A DNA stretch of 64,000 nucleotides from assembly GCF_963921235.1 (NCBI RefSeq), contig NC_086108.1, positions 86,616,001-86,680,000 of the forward strand, read 5' to 3'. The position numbers were made by a program, and so were the translations under genes. The notes below the pieces were generated by a model. It did no database searches and was not told the origin of the DNA. It saw only the letters and a list, made by a program, of their open reading frames with translations. How positions within the stretch are numbered: position 1 is the stretch's first letter; each line of letters starts with the position of its first letter. Shown here in pieces: positions 24,447 to 37,300 of this stretch. The stretch is from Mobula hypostoma. Lineage: Eukaryota.

Positions 24447-24842
24447 TTCTTTGACACAGGAGATTCTACAGATGCTCGAAATCCAGAGGAACACACACAG
24501 AATGCAGGAGGAACTCAACAAGTCGGGCAGCATTATTGGAGAGGAATAAAGAGTCGACATTTCAGACTGAGACCCTTCATTGGGACTAAACGGGAATAAG
24601 AAGGTGGAGCGAGCGGGAGGAGTACAGTCTGGAAGATGGCAGGTGAAGCCAGGCAAGGGGGAAGGATGGTGGGTGGGTGGGTGGGGGAGGGGATATGAAG
24701 TGAGAATCTGGGCAGTGATTAACGGAAAATGTAAAGGGCTGAAAAAGAAGAAATCTGACAGGAGAGGAGAGTGGACAATGGGAGGAAGTGAAGGAAGAGG
24801 GGTACCAGAGGGAGGTGATAGACAGGTGAGGAGAAGAGAAGG
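24447..24842 (-). mobile_element. Penelope-like 3' fragment
   Basis: CAGATGCTCGAAATCCAGAG..GAGTCGACATTTCAGACTGAGACCCTTCATTGGGACT (decayed hammerhead) plus purine-rich UTR as at 14350-14795. Confidence 0.75.
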
Positions 24843-27800
24843 GACTTCTCTCATTTTCCCTCGTTTCGAAAAGAAGTAGCAAGACTAAAACAAATGTTAC
24901 TCGATGCTGTAGGAGTTTATATATGTAACAAGCACTCACCTGTGGCAGAGTGATAGTGAATCAGTTAATCTATTGAAGAAACAGAGGCAACATAAGGAAT
25001 GATATTTTTTTGCTGAGCAGCTGTACATCTCCAGTGAGTGTTATGAATCAGATTCAGATACAAGTGGGATAATCTAATAGGATTATCAGCAAAGGACACG
25101 GAAGTGAGGTTAATTTGATAGATCCTTTCAAAATGTCAGCCAAAGTTCAAAGGGCCGAACAGCCTCCTTTGACAATCATCCCATGGTTCTATGATTTGAG
25201 CATGGGAAGTAGAAAGCACCTGTAGGTCACACAGGAGCTCTTGATGTACTTTTGCACCCAAAATGGGGCACAGGAGACTTGACTCAGCAGCGCCTGGTCC
25301 TGCTGCTGAGGTATGGAATAAAAGGCACTACTCTCTGAGTGTATCCAGCTGAAGAGGCAGCAGGTTAGTTGTGTGGGAGGCAGAAGTTGGCTATAATGAT
25401 CACTATTTTCCCAGTGCGCTGGCTTACTGAAAAGTGGCAACAAGCTCTTATTGCAATATTTTTTTAATTGAATTGACTTCATTTCTAACATCCTTCACAT
25501 ACATGAGGAGTAAAAATCTTTATGTTGCTTCTCCATCTAAATGTGTAATGTGCCATTTATAGTAACTTGTAATAAATAGCATGTACAACCCCTTTATTCA
25601 AGTTCTCCTGATGTCCTGGCCACCTTTTAAATCATCTTTTCCTGGAGATTCTTCAGTATTAGGAGACATAGCGAGAAATTCCCTAGGGCCTTTGACTACT
25701 TTTGAGACACATGTCGCTCTTTATAAGCTCTGTCTGCAGTAGAGGGTGGTGTGGGGCATCACAAACATTATATACATTTCTGGCCATTAATTATCCCTCA
25801 ATAAGCATTACTAAAGCCCACGAGCTGGTCATTATTCGATTGTTGTTTGTTCATGCTTGCTGTGTGAAAATTGACTGACTTGAAAATTAAGAGAAGAAAC
25901 TTTGCAGATGTTGAAAATCCAGAGTAACACATACACATTGCTGGAGGAACTCTGCAGCATCCATGGAGAAGATCCATGAAGGGTCTTGGCCCAAAATATT
26001 TTTCTTAGTCCTGACCAAGGGTTTTGGCCTGAATCATCATCTTGTTCCTTACTGTGGTGCTACCTGACCTGCTGAGTTCATCCAGCATTTTGTATGTGTG
26101 ACTCACTTATTGTATCTGTAATTCTGGAGAGTCCTTTTGGCCCTCAAGCACAAAGAATATGCCTCTGTTCAGGACCTTCCAATTCCTGGAAAAATTCTCT
26201 CATCATCTTCCTAGCTCTCACCATTCCAATTTCATTATTACAGCATCCATTCAACCACTCATTGGTAGCTGGAAGAGCACGGTCTAAATTGTAAGAAGAG
26301 GGAAGCAAGAAGTATATTGCTTATATTTTAGAGTGATCAGTATGTAGGATGAGCTACCAGAGGAAGTGGTTGAGACAAGTACATTAACAACATTTAAAAG
26401 GTACTTATACAGGCACACGGATTGGAAATGTTTAGAGAGATGTGGGCAAATGGGATCAGCTTAGATCAGAATCTTGGTCAATCAGGCTGAAGGACTTGTC
26501 TCTGTGCTGACCGGATCTATGCTCCTTTACGAGCTGGCTGTGGGGATGAAGCTTGATTAAAATGGGCCTACTATAAGAACCTGCAATTGATCAACAGAAT
26601 AAGCTGTGCTAAAAGTGACATGAGGAAACCTCACAATGCTGTGCTGTGAAATTGTAATTGAAGTTTGTGATCCATTTGTGCATTTCACAGTATCACAGTG
26701 GCCCAAGATGCTGCTTAAATGCCAGTAAAATGTAATAAAGTAATTTCTAGCCTTACATTTAGAGAAATGATTTAAAAACTCCAGCCCAACTCCTAATCCT
26801 TGGAGATAACTTCAGCTGCAGCCTTAACTGAATTTAGAATTTCTTGAAGATCGATACTCCATAGCCTGTAAACATTTGAAAACAATGGAGGTGAAAATTT
26901 AGCATGAGAGCATTGAATTTCATAAGGGGCTCACCAATATACAATTTTATCATCTTATCTGAAATTACAAGTGTTGGTAACAGTTCTTTTGCTTTATTAC
27001 ATACTTTATATAAATAATACATCTATCCTAAAATAAATTGTATTATTTATTTTTCCATTTTATCACTGTTAATTTTTGATTAATTATTCATGGACTTCAA
27101 ATTCACATTTGTTTGATTCACTAAGTTTTGCATTCCATGAAATCTTAGATTCAAATACACATTAAATGCTTTGAAAAATGTTTAAACATAGTTCAGCAGG
27201 TATACATCATGACAATGATATATCAAAAAAAGATTTTAAAATGCATTCATAAATGACCTTTTAGTAGGTCACCCCGAAGTGCATATTGTCACAGTTAATT
27301 TGTAGTCACTATTAAAATGTAGGAAATGTGAGAACAAATTTGCATCTTAGTGAGGTCCCACAAACTAAATAATCCATTTTGGTTGGGATAACAGATAAAT
27401 ATTGGCCTGACAAGTTGAGTTAGAATCATGAATGCAAATCCATTGTGAGAATATTGCTGTTGCTTACTGCTTTCCAAGTATCTTTGCAAAAGGACATAGC
27501 ATATTCTAGGTGAAGTTACGAGTCTGAAGTTAAACTTCTTCCCTATCTTGCTCCCTTCCCACCCCATTTTCTCTTTGCCCTTCCGTCTTCCCTAGCCAAG
27601 GTGAAGAGCATAACTGGAACAACAACATGCACACGTTTGGTCTGGGGTTAATTTGAATTTTTCCATGATATACTGAATAAGTGACAGGCTTACCAGATTG
27701 CTTAACTGCTTAACTTAACTGCTGCAATGCTGCTTTGCCTCAGGGAACTGCAGACTTCGAATACTGAATATCCTCTGCAGTATGTAGGCCTATTTTTCTC

Positions 27801-27857
27801 TGCACTTCATCTAGCTGTTCCACTTTTGTAAAAAATAATCTATTAATATTTTACACC

Positions 27858-28035
27858 AGGGGTATTATAGTGGTAAAGCAGTTACCTCACGGTTCAAGGA
27901 CTTGGGTTCAAACTTGGACTCAGAAGATGTCTGTGTGGAGGTTGAATGTTCTCCCAATGAGTGCATGAGATTCCATTAATTGCTTTTGTTTCTTCTTTTG
28001 ACCCACGGAGGTGCTAGTAAGCTTGATTGGTTACC
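27858..28035 (+). mobile_element. Degraded tRNA-derived V-type SINE
   Basis: TAGTGGTAAAGCA..GGGTTCAAAC A/B boxes followed by TGTCTGTGTGGAGGTTGAATGTTCTCCC. Confidence 0.6.
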
Positions 28036-28609
28036 TTGTGGCCTGTCCAGATGGAGGGACTCAAATCAAGATATCTAATGTCCATTTCCCTCCACAGAGG
28101 CTTCCTAACAGGCTGAATTCTTCCAGCAAATTGGTTAGTGCACTCATCTCTAATTGCTGCTGATTCCATATTCCTACCATCCTGTGTGGAAAAAACTCAT
28201 CTATCTCGTCCCCTTTAACTCTTATCTAAATGGCAAAAATATTTTCGCTCTTATTTGAACGTTTGCCCTTTACATTTAGACTCCACTACCAGGGAAAAGA
28301 GCGTGACAATCCACCTTAACTAAGCTAGTTCCTAATTTTACAAACTTCCATTAGCTCATCCCACAGCTTCCCTCACTCCAGGGAAAGCAGTCCCAATCTA
28401 TCCCGTCTCACTTTATAACTCATGCCCTCTAGTCCCAGCAATATCCTTGTGCATATTTTCTGTGTGTTCTCTAGGTTAATCTAGCTTCTTACATGGTGAA
28501 GAAAACTAAACTCAATACTCCACATGTGGTCAAAACAACATTCTATGCAGCTGTAACCTGATGTCTATAATCCCGTATTCAGTGCTCCACCATTCACTAA
28601 CAGATGTGC

Positions 28610-29880
28610 TTATCCATCCAAAAGTTTACATTCTAATATTCTGAGCACTATCAAGTTCCTGGGTGTCAGTATCTCTGAGGATCTAACTGGATCCAACAAG
28701 TTGATCCAACTACAAAGAAGGGATGACAGTGGCTATATTTCATCAGAATTTTCAGGAGACTTGATATGTCACTAAAGTAACTCGCAAATTTCTGCAGATG
28801 TACCATGGACAGCATCCTAACTGATAGCATCTTTGACTGTGGTGAAGGGATCACTGCACAGGATCAGAAAATTGCAAACTCAACTGCATCACCGTTTGGT
28901 ATAGGGGATGGTGGGTAGGCTACTGCACAGGACTGAAAGAAGCTTCAGAGAGTTGTAAAGCTAGTCAGAACCATCATGGGTACTAGCCTCTGTAGTATCT
29001 AGGACATCTTCAAGAAGCAATGACTCAAAATGGTGGTGTCCATTATTAAGAACCCCCATCACCCAGGTCATGCCTTGTTCTCATTGCAACCATCAGGAAG
29101 GAGGTACACAGCAGGTCAGGCAGCATCCATGGAAAAGATCAGTTGATGTTTCAGGCTGGAACCCTTCGTCAGGATTCCGGCCCAAAACGTCGACTGATCT
29201 TTTCCACGGATGCTGCCCGACCCGCTGAGTTCCTCCAGTGTGTTGTGAGTGTTGCTTTGACCCCAGCATCTGCAGATTATTTTGTTTTTAGGAAGGAGGT
29301 ACAAAAGCCTAAAGACATACACTCAACAATTCAAGAATAGATTTTTCCTCTCTGCCATTTGATTTCTGAATGGACATTGAACCCATGACAACTAACTCAC
29401 TACTTTTTATATCTATTTTTGCACTACTTATTTAATGTACCTCTATTCCCATGGTAGAGCAGTCTAGGACAAGAGGGCATGACTTCAGGATTGAAGGACG
29501 TCCAATTAGAACAGAGATGCAGAGAAATTACTTTAGTAAGACGGTGATAAGTCTGTGGAATTTGTTGTCAAGAGCAGCTGTAGAGACCAAGTCATTGGGT
29601 GCATTTAAGTCAGAGATAGATGGGTTTTTGCTTAGCCAGGGCATCAAAGGGTATGGGGAGAAAGCAGGGGAGTGGGGATGACTGGAAGAATTGGATCAGC
29701 CCATGATTGAATGGTGGAGCAGACTTGTTAGGCCAAATGGCCCACTTTTGCTCCTATATCTTATGGTCTTATGTATTTTCTGAATTCAGTTTTTTCTATT
29801 ATTAAGTATTGCATTGTTCTGCTACCGCAGCGACAACAAACTTCACAGTATATGCCAGTGATATTAAACCTGATTCTGAT
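28610..29880 (+). mobile_element. Rex1/Babar-like 3' fragment with nested Penelope (29109-29289) and CR1 (~29440-29772) insertions
   Basis: AAGTTCCTGGGTGTC, ACCCCCATCACCCAGG, QPSGRRY motifs; ATTAAACCTGATTCTGA tail; nested CR1 ORF 29451-29681 (SRTRGHDFRIEG..LWNLL). Confidence 0.8.
29109..29289. mobile_element. Penelope-like insertion: inverted terminal repeat pair with hammerhead motif and 14-bp TSD
   Basis: TSD AGGAAGGAGGTACA (29095-29108, 29290-29303); 53-bp inverted arms 29109-29161 / 29175-29227; minus strand CUGACGA-AGGGUUCCAGCCU-GAAAC-AUC. Confidence 0.88.
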
Positions 29881-29992
29881 TGAATGCCATCGCTGCTTTG
29901 AAAAGTTTGTGGTTACTGAGTCTAGATGAGAAAGAAGATCAAAATGAGTTTTCTTTCTCTTGCTGTACCAAAAATTTAGTAAAACTCCACAA

Positions 29993-29996
<4 letters not shown>

Positions 29997-30030
<34 letters not shown>
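29997..30030. repeat. (TA)n microsatellite at a SINE tail
   Basis: About 17 TA units abutting the SINE 3' end. Confidence 0.95.
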
Positions 30031-30032
<2 letters not shown>

Positions 30033-30338
30033 CATCCGTTAGTCTTGCGAGACCATGGATCTGCGCCTGGAAAGTCTTCACTCTCCAGGGCACAGGCCTG
30101 GGCAAGGTTGTATGGAAGACCAGCAGTTGCCCATGCTGCAAGTCTCCCCTCTCCACGACACCAATGTTGTCCAAGGGAAGGGCATTAGGACCCATACAGC
30201 TTGGCACCAGTGTCGTCGCAGAGCAATGTGCGATTAAGTGCCTTGCTCAAGGACACAACACGTCCCCTCGGCTGGGGCTCGAACTCATGACCTTCAGGTC
30301 GCTAGTTCAATGCCTTAACCACTTGGCCATGTGCCCAC
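30031..30338 (-). mobile_element. Young tRNA-head SINE with RTE-related (MER6-like) 3' part
   Basis: Minus strand GTGGGCACATGGCCAAGTGGTTAAGGC (A box)..GAGTTCGAGCCC (B box), GTGTCCTTGAGCAAGGCACTTAA, ends CATGGTCTCGCAAGACTAACGGATGCC; flanked by CAACTT(T)TATA. Confidence 0.8.
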
Positions 30339-30689
30339 GCAACTTATATATAAAGGGGCTTAAATGTTCTAATTTTGATAGTATTGTAGATATTTACTGG
30401 AGCAATCAATATATATATATAAAGAACAAAAGAAAATCAATAAATTATTTTAAGAATTTATTATCTAGTTTTCTTGTAGTCATTTTCATTTTGCTCACTT
30501 GGCAATACAGAACAGATGTCCTGAGAACTGCTGTGAAAATTGAATCTGCAGATGGAGTGAAGGGCAAATCCCAGTTGTACCATGGGAGATCTTATAAACA
30601 AAGCACTACTTGTTAACATTAGAAAACAAGCCAACAACATCAGATGGAGTCTGTTAAGGAGAAATATAAAAATACCTCACACTAGCCAA

Positions 30690-31985
30690 GGTATTTTTTG
30701 AAGGTATTCTGAGAGACAAGATATATAAGATTTGGATAGATAAGGACCGATTAGGGATAGTCAACATGGCTTTGTGCATGGTAAGTTGTGCCAAAACAAT
30801 CTTATAGTTTTTGTTGTGGATGTTATTAGGAAAGTTGATGAACTTTACATGGACTCTAGCAAGGCCTTTGACGAGGTCCTGCGTGAGACGTTGGTCAAGA
30901 AGGTTCAATTGCTTCCATTCAAGATGAGGTAGTAAATTGGACCAGATATTTGCATAAAGAGAGCAGCCAGACAGTGGGGTTGTAGATGGTTGCCTCTCTA
31001 ATTGGAAGCCTGTGACTAGTGTTGTGCTACAGGGATCAGTAGTGACTCCATAGTTGTTTGTTATCTACGTCAATGATCTGGATGATAATGTGGTAAACCG
31101 GATAGGTAAATTTGCAGATGACACCAAGATTGGGGGCTGTAGTGGACAGTGGGGAAGACTATCAAAGATTGCAGTGGGATCTGGAGCAGATGGAAAATTC
31201 AGCTGAAAAATGGCAGATGAAATTTAATGCAGATAAGTGTGATGTGTTGCTCTTTGAGAGGGCAAACCAGGATAGGACACTGGGGAGTGTGGTGAAACAG
31301 AGAGATCTGGGAACACATTTTCTCTAATTTCCCTGAAAGTGGCATCACAGGTAGATTGGGTCATAGAGAAAGCTTTCGGCACATTGGCCTTCATACGTCA
31401 AAGTGTTGAGTACAGGAAATTGGATGTTATGTTTAAGACACTGGTGAGGCCTAATTTGGAGTATTGTCTGCAGTTTTGGTCACCTACCTACAGGAAAATT
31501 ATCAATAAGATTGAAAGAGTGCAGAGAACATTTACAAGGATGTTGCCAGGATTTTAGGACCTGGGTTACAGAGAAAGTTTGAATAGTTTAGGAGTTCATT
31601 GCTAGAACATAGAAGATTGAGGGAAGATTTCATAGAGGTATACGAAATGATGAGGGGTATAGATAGGGTATATGCAAGCAAGCTTTTTCCACTGAGGGGT
31701 GAAGCTGGAACTAGAGGTCATGGATTAAGGGTGAAAGGTGAAATGTTTAAGGTGAACATGAGAGTGGGCTTCTTCTCTTAGAAGTTGGTGAGAGTGTGGA
31801 ATGAGCTGCCAGTGGAAGTGGTGGATGCGGGATCGATTTCAATACTTGAGAAATTTGAGTAGGTACCTGGATGGAAGAGGTATGCAGGGTTATGGTGTGG
31901 GTGTAGCTCGATGGGACTAGAAAGGTTAATGTTTCAGCACAGACTAGATGGACCGAAGGGCCTGTTTCTGTACTGTAGGGTTCAA
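30690..31985 (+). mobile_element. Degenerate CR1 LINE fragment (RT to 3' end)
   Basis: KFADDTK at ~31108-31128; KTLVRPNLEYCLQFWSP (31339-31557); RRLREDFIEVY..TRGHGL (31599-31781). Confidence 0.92.
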
Positions 31986-32399
31986 ATGCTCCTGCTGGAT
32001 CTACTTGTGAACCCTTGATTTGTACAGAGAAGGGTGTACTTGTGTGTGACCTAGCACTCCTTAGTGTTGATGCTTCAGTGATATTGACGATTGCAGCAAA
32101 GCTATTGGAAGCGACTGACGGTTAACGCATCCATCATGGAAATGGTCAACAACTTTATAGAGCTTTGTTTTGGAAATTAAGAATGTATCTGCAAGTATTT
32201 CTCAAACTGTGATGGGAAGGTATTTGTTTTAGCTTAGTTCTGGTCATTCCAGTTCACTTCTGGTTTTTGTAGAAGTTTAGGTTTTTCTTCATGTCTATGT
32301 TGAAATGACTGAACTAGAAAAACTTATAATTGACAGTGAGAGAAAGTCATGAAAGTTAAGATTTAACAACATCAGCCTTGTGCTGGATAGCGCTTGATA

Positions 32400-34345
32400 G
32401 ATTCCTCCAGTAATTAAGAAACTGACTTCATCAAGACCTGCATGGATGAGTATGCTCCTTTGAGAACACACTGGACATACTTAAACCAAAAACTATGGAT
32501 GAACTAAGATTCATTGCTGAAAGCTAGATCTGTTGCATTCAAGATGGGTGATCCAGAATTTTACAAGATGTCAAGGTATGACCTACAGAAGGCTATTTAA
32601 AGAGTGAGAAAACAATTCCTACTGAAGTTGGAGATGGAATTAGATGCACATTATCTCTGACAGGATTTGCAGGCATTTACTTCCTACAAGGCAAAATTGG
32701 CTATGACGTCTCACTCCCAGATGAGCCAAATGCCTTTTTATGTACCCTTTGAAAAGGAGAATAACACTACTCCTGTATGAATCCCTGCAACATATGGTGA
32801 CCCTTTAATCACTGTCTCGGAGGCTGATGTCAGAACAGTTTCCATGAGGATGAACCCTTGCAAAATGTCAGGTCAAGGTTCAAGGTTCATTTTATTGTCA
32901 AAGTAAACACATACAATACAACTCTGATATTTGTCTTTTCCAGATACCCATGAAATACACATGCAAAAGTAAAAGAAACAAAACTCATTGACCTCAGAAT
33001 CCCCCACCCCCTCCATGCAGAAAAAGAACAGGGACAATAGCAATCCCCAACACACTCCCCCATAGGAAAAAAACAGCAGCAATACAATCCCCGACCCCCT
33101 CCCTTGCAGGCAAAAAAAAACAGCAGCAAAACAATCCCCAACCCCTCATTACAGGGAAAAAGAACCAGCAAACAATACAATCCCCAACCCCTTCCCACAG
33201 AAAGAAAAACAACAGCAACAATACAATCCCCAACCCTTCCCCACAGAAAAAAACAACAACGGTAACAATGCCTGGCCAGAAAAAACAGCAACAGTAACAG
33301 TCCCCGACCCCTTCACTCACAGAAAAAAATGTCAACGACAATAGCAACACATCCCCAACTCCTCCACCGCAGAAAAAAATGTGAGCAACCCCTCGCTCGG
33401 AAAAAAGACAGTGACAGTATCATCAAAAAACCCCTTCCACCCTCCCCACCCAAACACAAAGAACTTACAGATCACCTACCCGCCCATCTGCCGCAAGAAG
33501 GAAAACACCAGAAAACTGAAGGAGACCAGTATGAAGTACAATACAAACATCGAACAGTCCTTCCGTGACTCAGAACTCATGCCTGGTCCAAATGGTGGTC
33601 TCTATTGGGAGCGATCACTGATCCTCTGGCCCCATTGGGAGCAATCGCTCACTCTCTGGCCTTTGTTGGGAAAGATCACCGACCGGGTCTGAATGCAGTC
33701 GCCCTGGCAGTCTCTGTCAGAAGCACTCGCTGACCAGATTTGTATGCTTTCACCTCGATGCTTCAACCTTTGAGATGAGTTTCAAGATACAATTACAAAG
33801 AAGGCATGACAGTGTATATATTTCATTAGGAATTTGAAGGGACTTGGTATATCACCAAAGACTCTCAAATTTCTACAGACGTACCATGGGGAGCATTCTA
33901 AATGATTGCATCTTCATCTAGTGTGGTAGGGGCCACTGCACAAGATCGGAAAAAGCTGCAGAAAATTGCAAACTCAGCCAGCTCCACCATGGACGCCTTC
34001 AAAAGGCGATGCCTTAAAAAGGCAGCATCCATTATTAAGGACCCCCATCATCCAAGGTCTACCTTCTTCTCATTGCTACTATCAAAGAGGAGGTACGGGA
34101 GCCTGAAGACACACACTCAACTTTTTATGAACATCTTTCTCTCCACCACTATCAGATTTCTAAATGAACACTGAACCCATATACACTACCTCATTTTGTC
34201 TTTTTTCTGTGTTTGCTCTCTTTTTGCATTACATATTTAAATATATAGATTCCTTACTGTAATGTATATTTTTATTATGGATTGCACTGTACTGCTGCTG
34301 CAAAACAACATATTTCATGACATATGCAAGTCATATTAAACCTGA
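32400..34345 (+). mobile_element. Rex1/Babar-like LINE fragments flanking an inserted repeat (32872-33775)
   Basis: NQKLWMN..(32480) and SLPDEPNAF-type remnants; ORF 33902-34174 RCLKKAASIIKDPHHP..LLLSKRRYGSLKTHT; ATTAAACCTGATT tail. Confidence 0.75.
32872..33775 (-). repeat. Non-autonomous repeat with internal ~40-bp minisatellite (~32995-33460)
   Basis: (CAAGGTT)n tail plus TTTATTGTCA; roughly 11 degenerate units AATCCCCAACCCC..CACAGAAAAAAACAGCAGCAA. Confidence 0.8.
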
Positions 34346-37300
34346 TTATGATTTTGATTCTGAAAGTGAAACTTAAGCACAGCAAAAAAATTGCTCACAC
34401 AAGTCAGTTCTTAGGTCAAACAGAAATGTATTTTGCCAATTAATCTTCCTCTTGCAGAAGGAAGAGAAAACTAAGTGCCCTTTTTTTATGTAGTTCACAC
34501 AGTCTCTCTGATTTTGTGAAGTATTGGATTTTATACATGTTTTGGAGGTGAGGTACAACAATTCAACTAACGCACAGAAATTCTGTTATTATTTCTCAAC
34601 TAATTGGAAGTGCGAAGGTGCATGATCAGCGATTTCTGACATTGCTTTCCCCATGTGGCAGTTGTATATTTTGGAGATCTTTACCTCTGCTCAGTATCCA
34701 AGTGGTTTCATAACAAGATGTTCCATTTTATTGATTGATTCACCTCAGAGCCAATTGGACTCTACAGGACTGCTATTCCTAGCTACCACTGCTGACCATC
34801 TCTCTTCATAGATTTGTCAGCTGTATGCATTTCTGCAGAGATTAGCTATTTTGAGAAGAAGCCCACAATGGTTATATATCTTTAGAGCAACCCATGATCT
34901 CTTTCACATTCTTTTAGGCACCTTCTCTTCTGGAAACTGATCATTAACTGAAAGCCTGTGTATTCTGTGAAAAAATGGCTTATACAATTGACTCCATATA
35001 TATCAATCAAGCCTTTGTCTATATTGTAGCATATATCCTAATTGCCATAGAGTTGCTACAAATACCACATCAATCCTGTAATCTTTAATGATGAGAGGTT
35101 TATTGCTAGAGAGCATTCTAATTTCTTCCTCGTATCATCTGTAGTTCAGCTGTACGAAGTGTCTACTTCTGCAGGGCAGAGAAACATTATGGTAGGCATC
35201 ATAGATATGCAACTCATGATGAGTTTTCACATTATGATCTGTAAACAAACCTTATATGGCATATCAGAGACTTGACTGGTCAACATATACCGTAGTTGCT
35301 GATTCAGAGTCAGTGTGCCCGAGAGCAGAGAATCCTGAAGGAACAGGTACACCTCTTCAGATAGACTTCTTGGAGACCTTCACTCAACAGGCACCTGCCT
35401 CATAGCAGGGGTATAGACTCCCATGAACATTATTAAATGCAAACAAATCAATCTATTCAATAGGCTATCTATCTAAAATTTATAACCTGCCAACCAGCTA
35501 AAGAGCCTAATCTCAAATTAATCTCCCCAATTTATATCAATCATAGACACTGATCTCAGCTGTAGATTTATAATCAGCAACTAATTATTCCTGAAATGTT
35601 TTGACACAGATGAACTATTTCTGTAATCTGTTATTTATTTTGTCAATTAACCCTATTTCCTAATTATTTGCATGTGCAATGTTTCAAGTGCTGTTATCTA
35701 TAATTCTAAGATTAATAAACAATTATTCATTCACGACTTTGTTGTCTGACTTCTTTGATAATTGACAAGAAAGGATTAATTAATTTGCTCAGTAGTTTGT
35801 GCATAGCTTGATGAGCGGTAGCTCTATGAGCTTGCCGATGTGTCGTTAACTTCAAAGCATAAATTCTAAGATAAACCCCAGATCATTTATTCATAAAGTT
35901 TTAAGTGGAACTCTTAAGGATTTATCAGGTACACTTGATGAAACTTCTAGTCAAGATGACAACCTGACTTGAGTTAAAAAGGACAGATCATGCCTTGATT
36001 TAGCATTTTGTTTCAGGTATATCTCTCCAGACAACATTAGAAGTACCAGTATTAAGCTTAAAAGTACACACCTGCAAGTTTTCCATGTAGTGACATTAGT
36101 TTAAACTTAGCATCATCATATCTCTGGTATGGATCTATGTATTTGAATGGAGTTGCTAGTCTCTGTGACAAAGGTAAGTTTAAGTATACCTTTTTAAATA
36201 TTTTTTCTTAATGTCACAAGATATTTATATTTCTACTTACCACTAATTTAATATTTTTAAATAAACTTGTGATTATCAGAGACATTTGCAAACAGTGGGG
36301 AAGGCCTTCTGGTTGTAATTGTTACCAAATAGTCAATGGTCTTTTGTACTGTGAATTTAAATTCTTTTCATATGTGGTGTGGTTACCATGATCCCAGCCT
36401 TGAAGAAAGGCTACCATGATTGTACCATTATTATGTTAGCATGGGCAGTGACATGAAGACCACGATCCACAGCACCTGGACCATCAGTGACAAGTCGCTA
36501 CTGGATTCCAACCCTTGACTGCTATCACTTCATTCATGATTACTTTATAATCAACAGGGATTCTGTTTTTTCCTCAAATTTTGACCTTTACTTTGCAAAT
36601 AACAATTAATCTCTCTCTAACACTCCGGGCATAGTAAGAACACAAACAAAATGCTGGAAGAACACGGTAGGTCAGGCAGCATCTATGGAAAGGAACAAAC
36701 AGGCGATGTTTCGGTTCGAAAACCTTCATTATTTCTCATGTAGTCTTTGACAAGTTCAATCAAAGATGGATCTTGTGCTATTTAGTTGTAAAATGAATAA
36801 CTTCAGTGACAGGTGTGGCTGGGTTTCAATATTCCAAGCACACTATATTTTATTTTTGGATATAGATCAATTAGATTTTCATATTGCAAAACAGAGAGCA
36901 AGCAATTAAAATGGATCCCTTATGTCTTAAAATCTAGCTTTTCCAAAACCATGATAGTGATGTTGCTGGTTAAGGCATTGTAAAGTGTATGACTTGACAG
37001 CCTAAATAAGTTGTACAGCAATTTGAATATCAGAAATTTTATCTTGCTTTTTTGTGCAATACTGTTCAAAAAAGGTTAGATTTATCTCACAGAAGACAAT
37101 TCCCAACCTTCATCCTTCTGTTATTAATTTTTTTTTTATTTTCCTGTTTCCTGCTCCATTTGAAATCTCACAGAAACACAGAAAACGCAACTCAGATGGA
37201 GGCTTTTTACCCATCATATCTATGGTAACTAAAAATGGACTTCAGTTTAATTCCACTACACAGCTCTTGCTCTTTTTAAGTGCCCATGTGGGTAAAGCTT

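Noticed and set aside
25283..25310. 9-bp hairpin CTCAGCAGC/GCTGCTGAG
   Set aside because: Too short to be significant in 64 kb and has no supporting context.
30265..30338. tRNA gene
   Set aside because: It is the tRNA-derived head of a SINE, continuous with the SINE body.
32887..33350. Cys/Gly/Phe-rich repetitive ORFs
   Set aside because: Translation of the minisatellite.
32995..33460. CRISPR-like array
   Set aside because: Degenerate tandem units without unique spacers, no cas genes, eukaryotic context.
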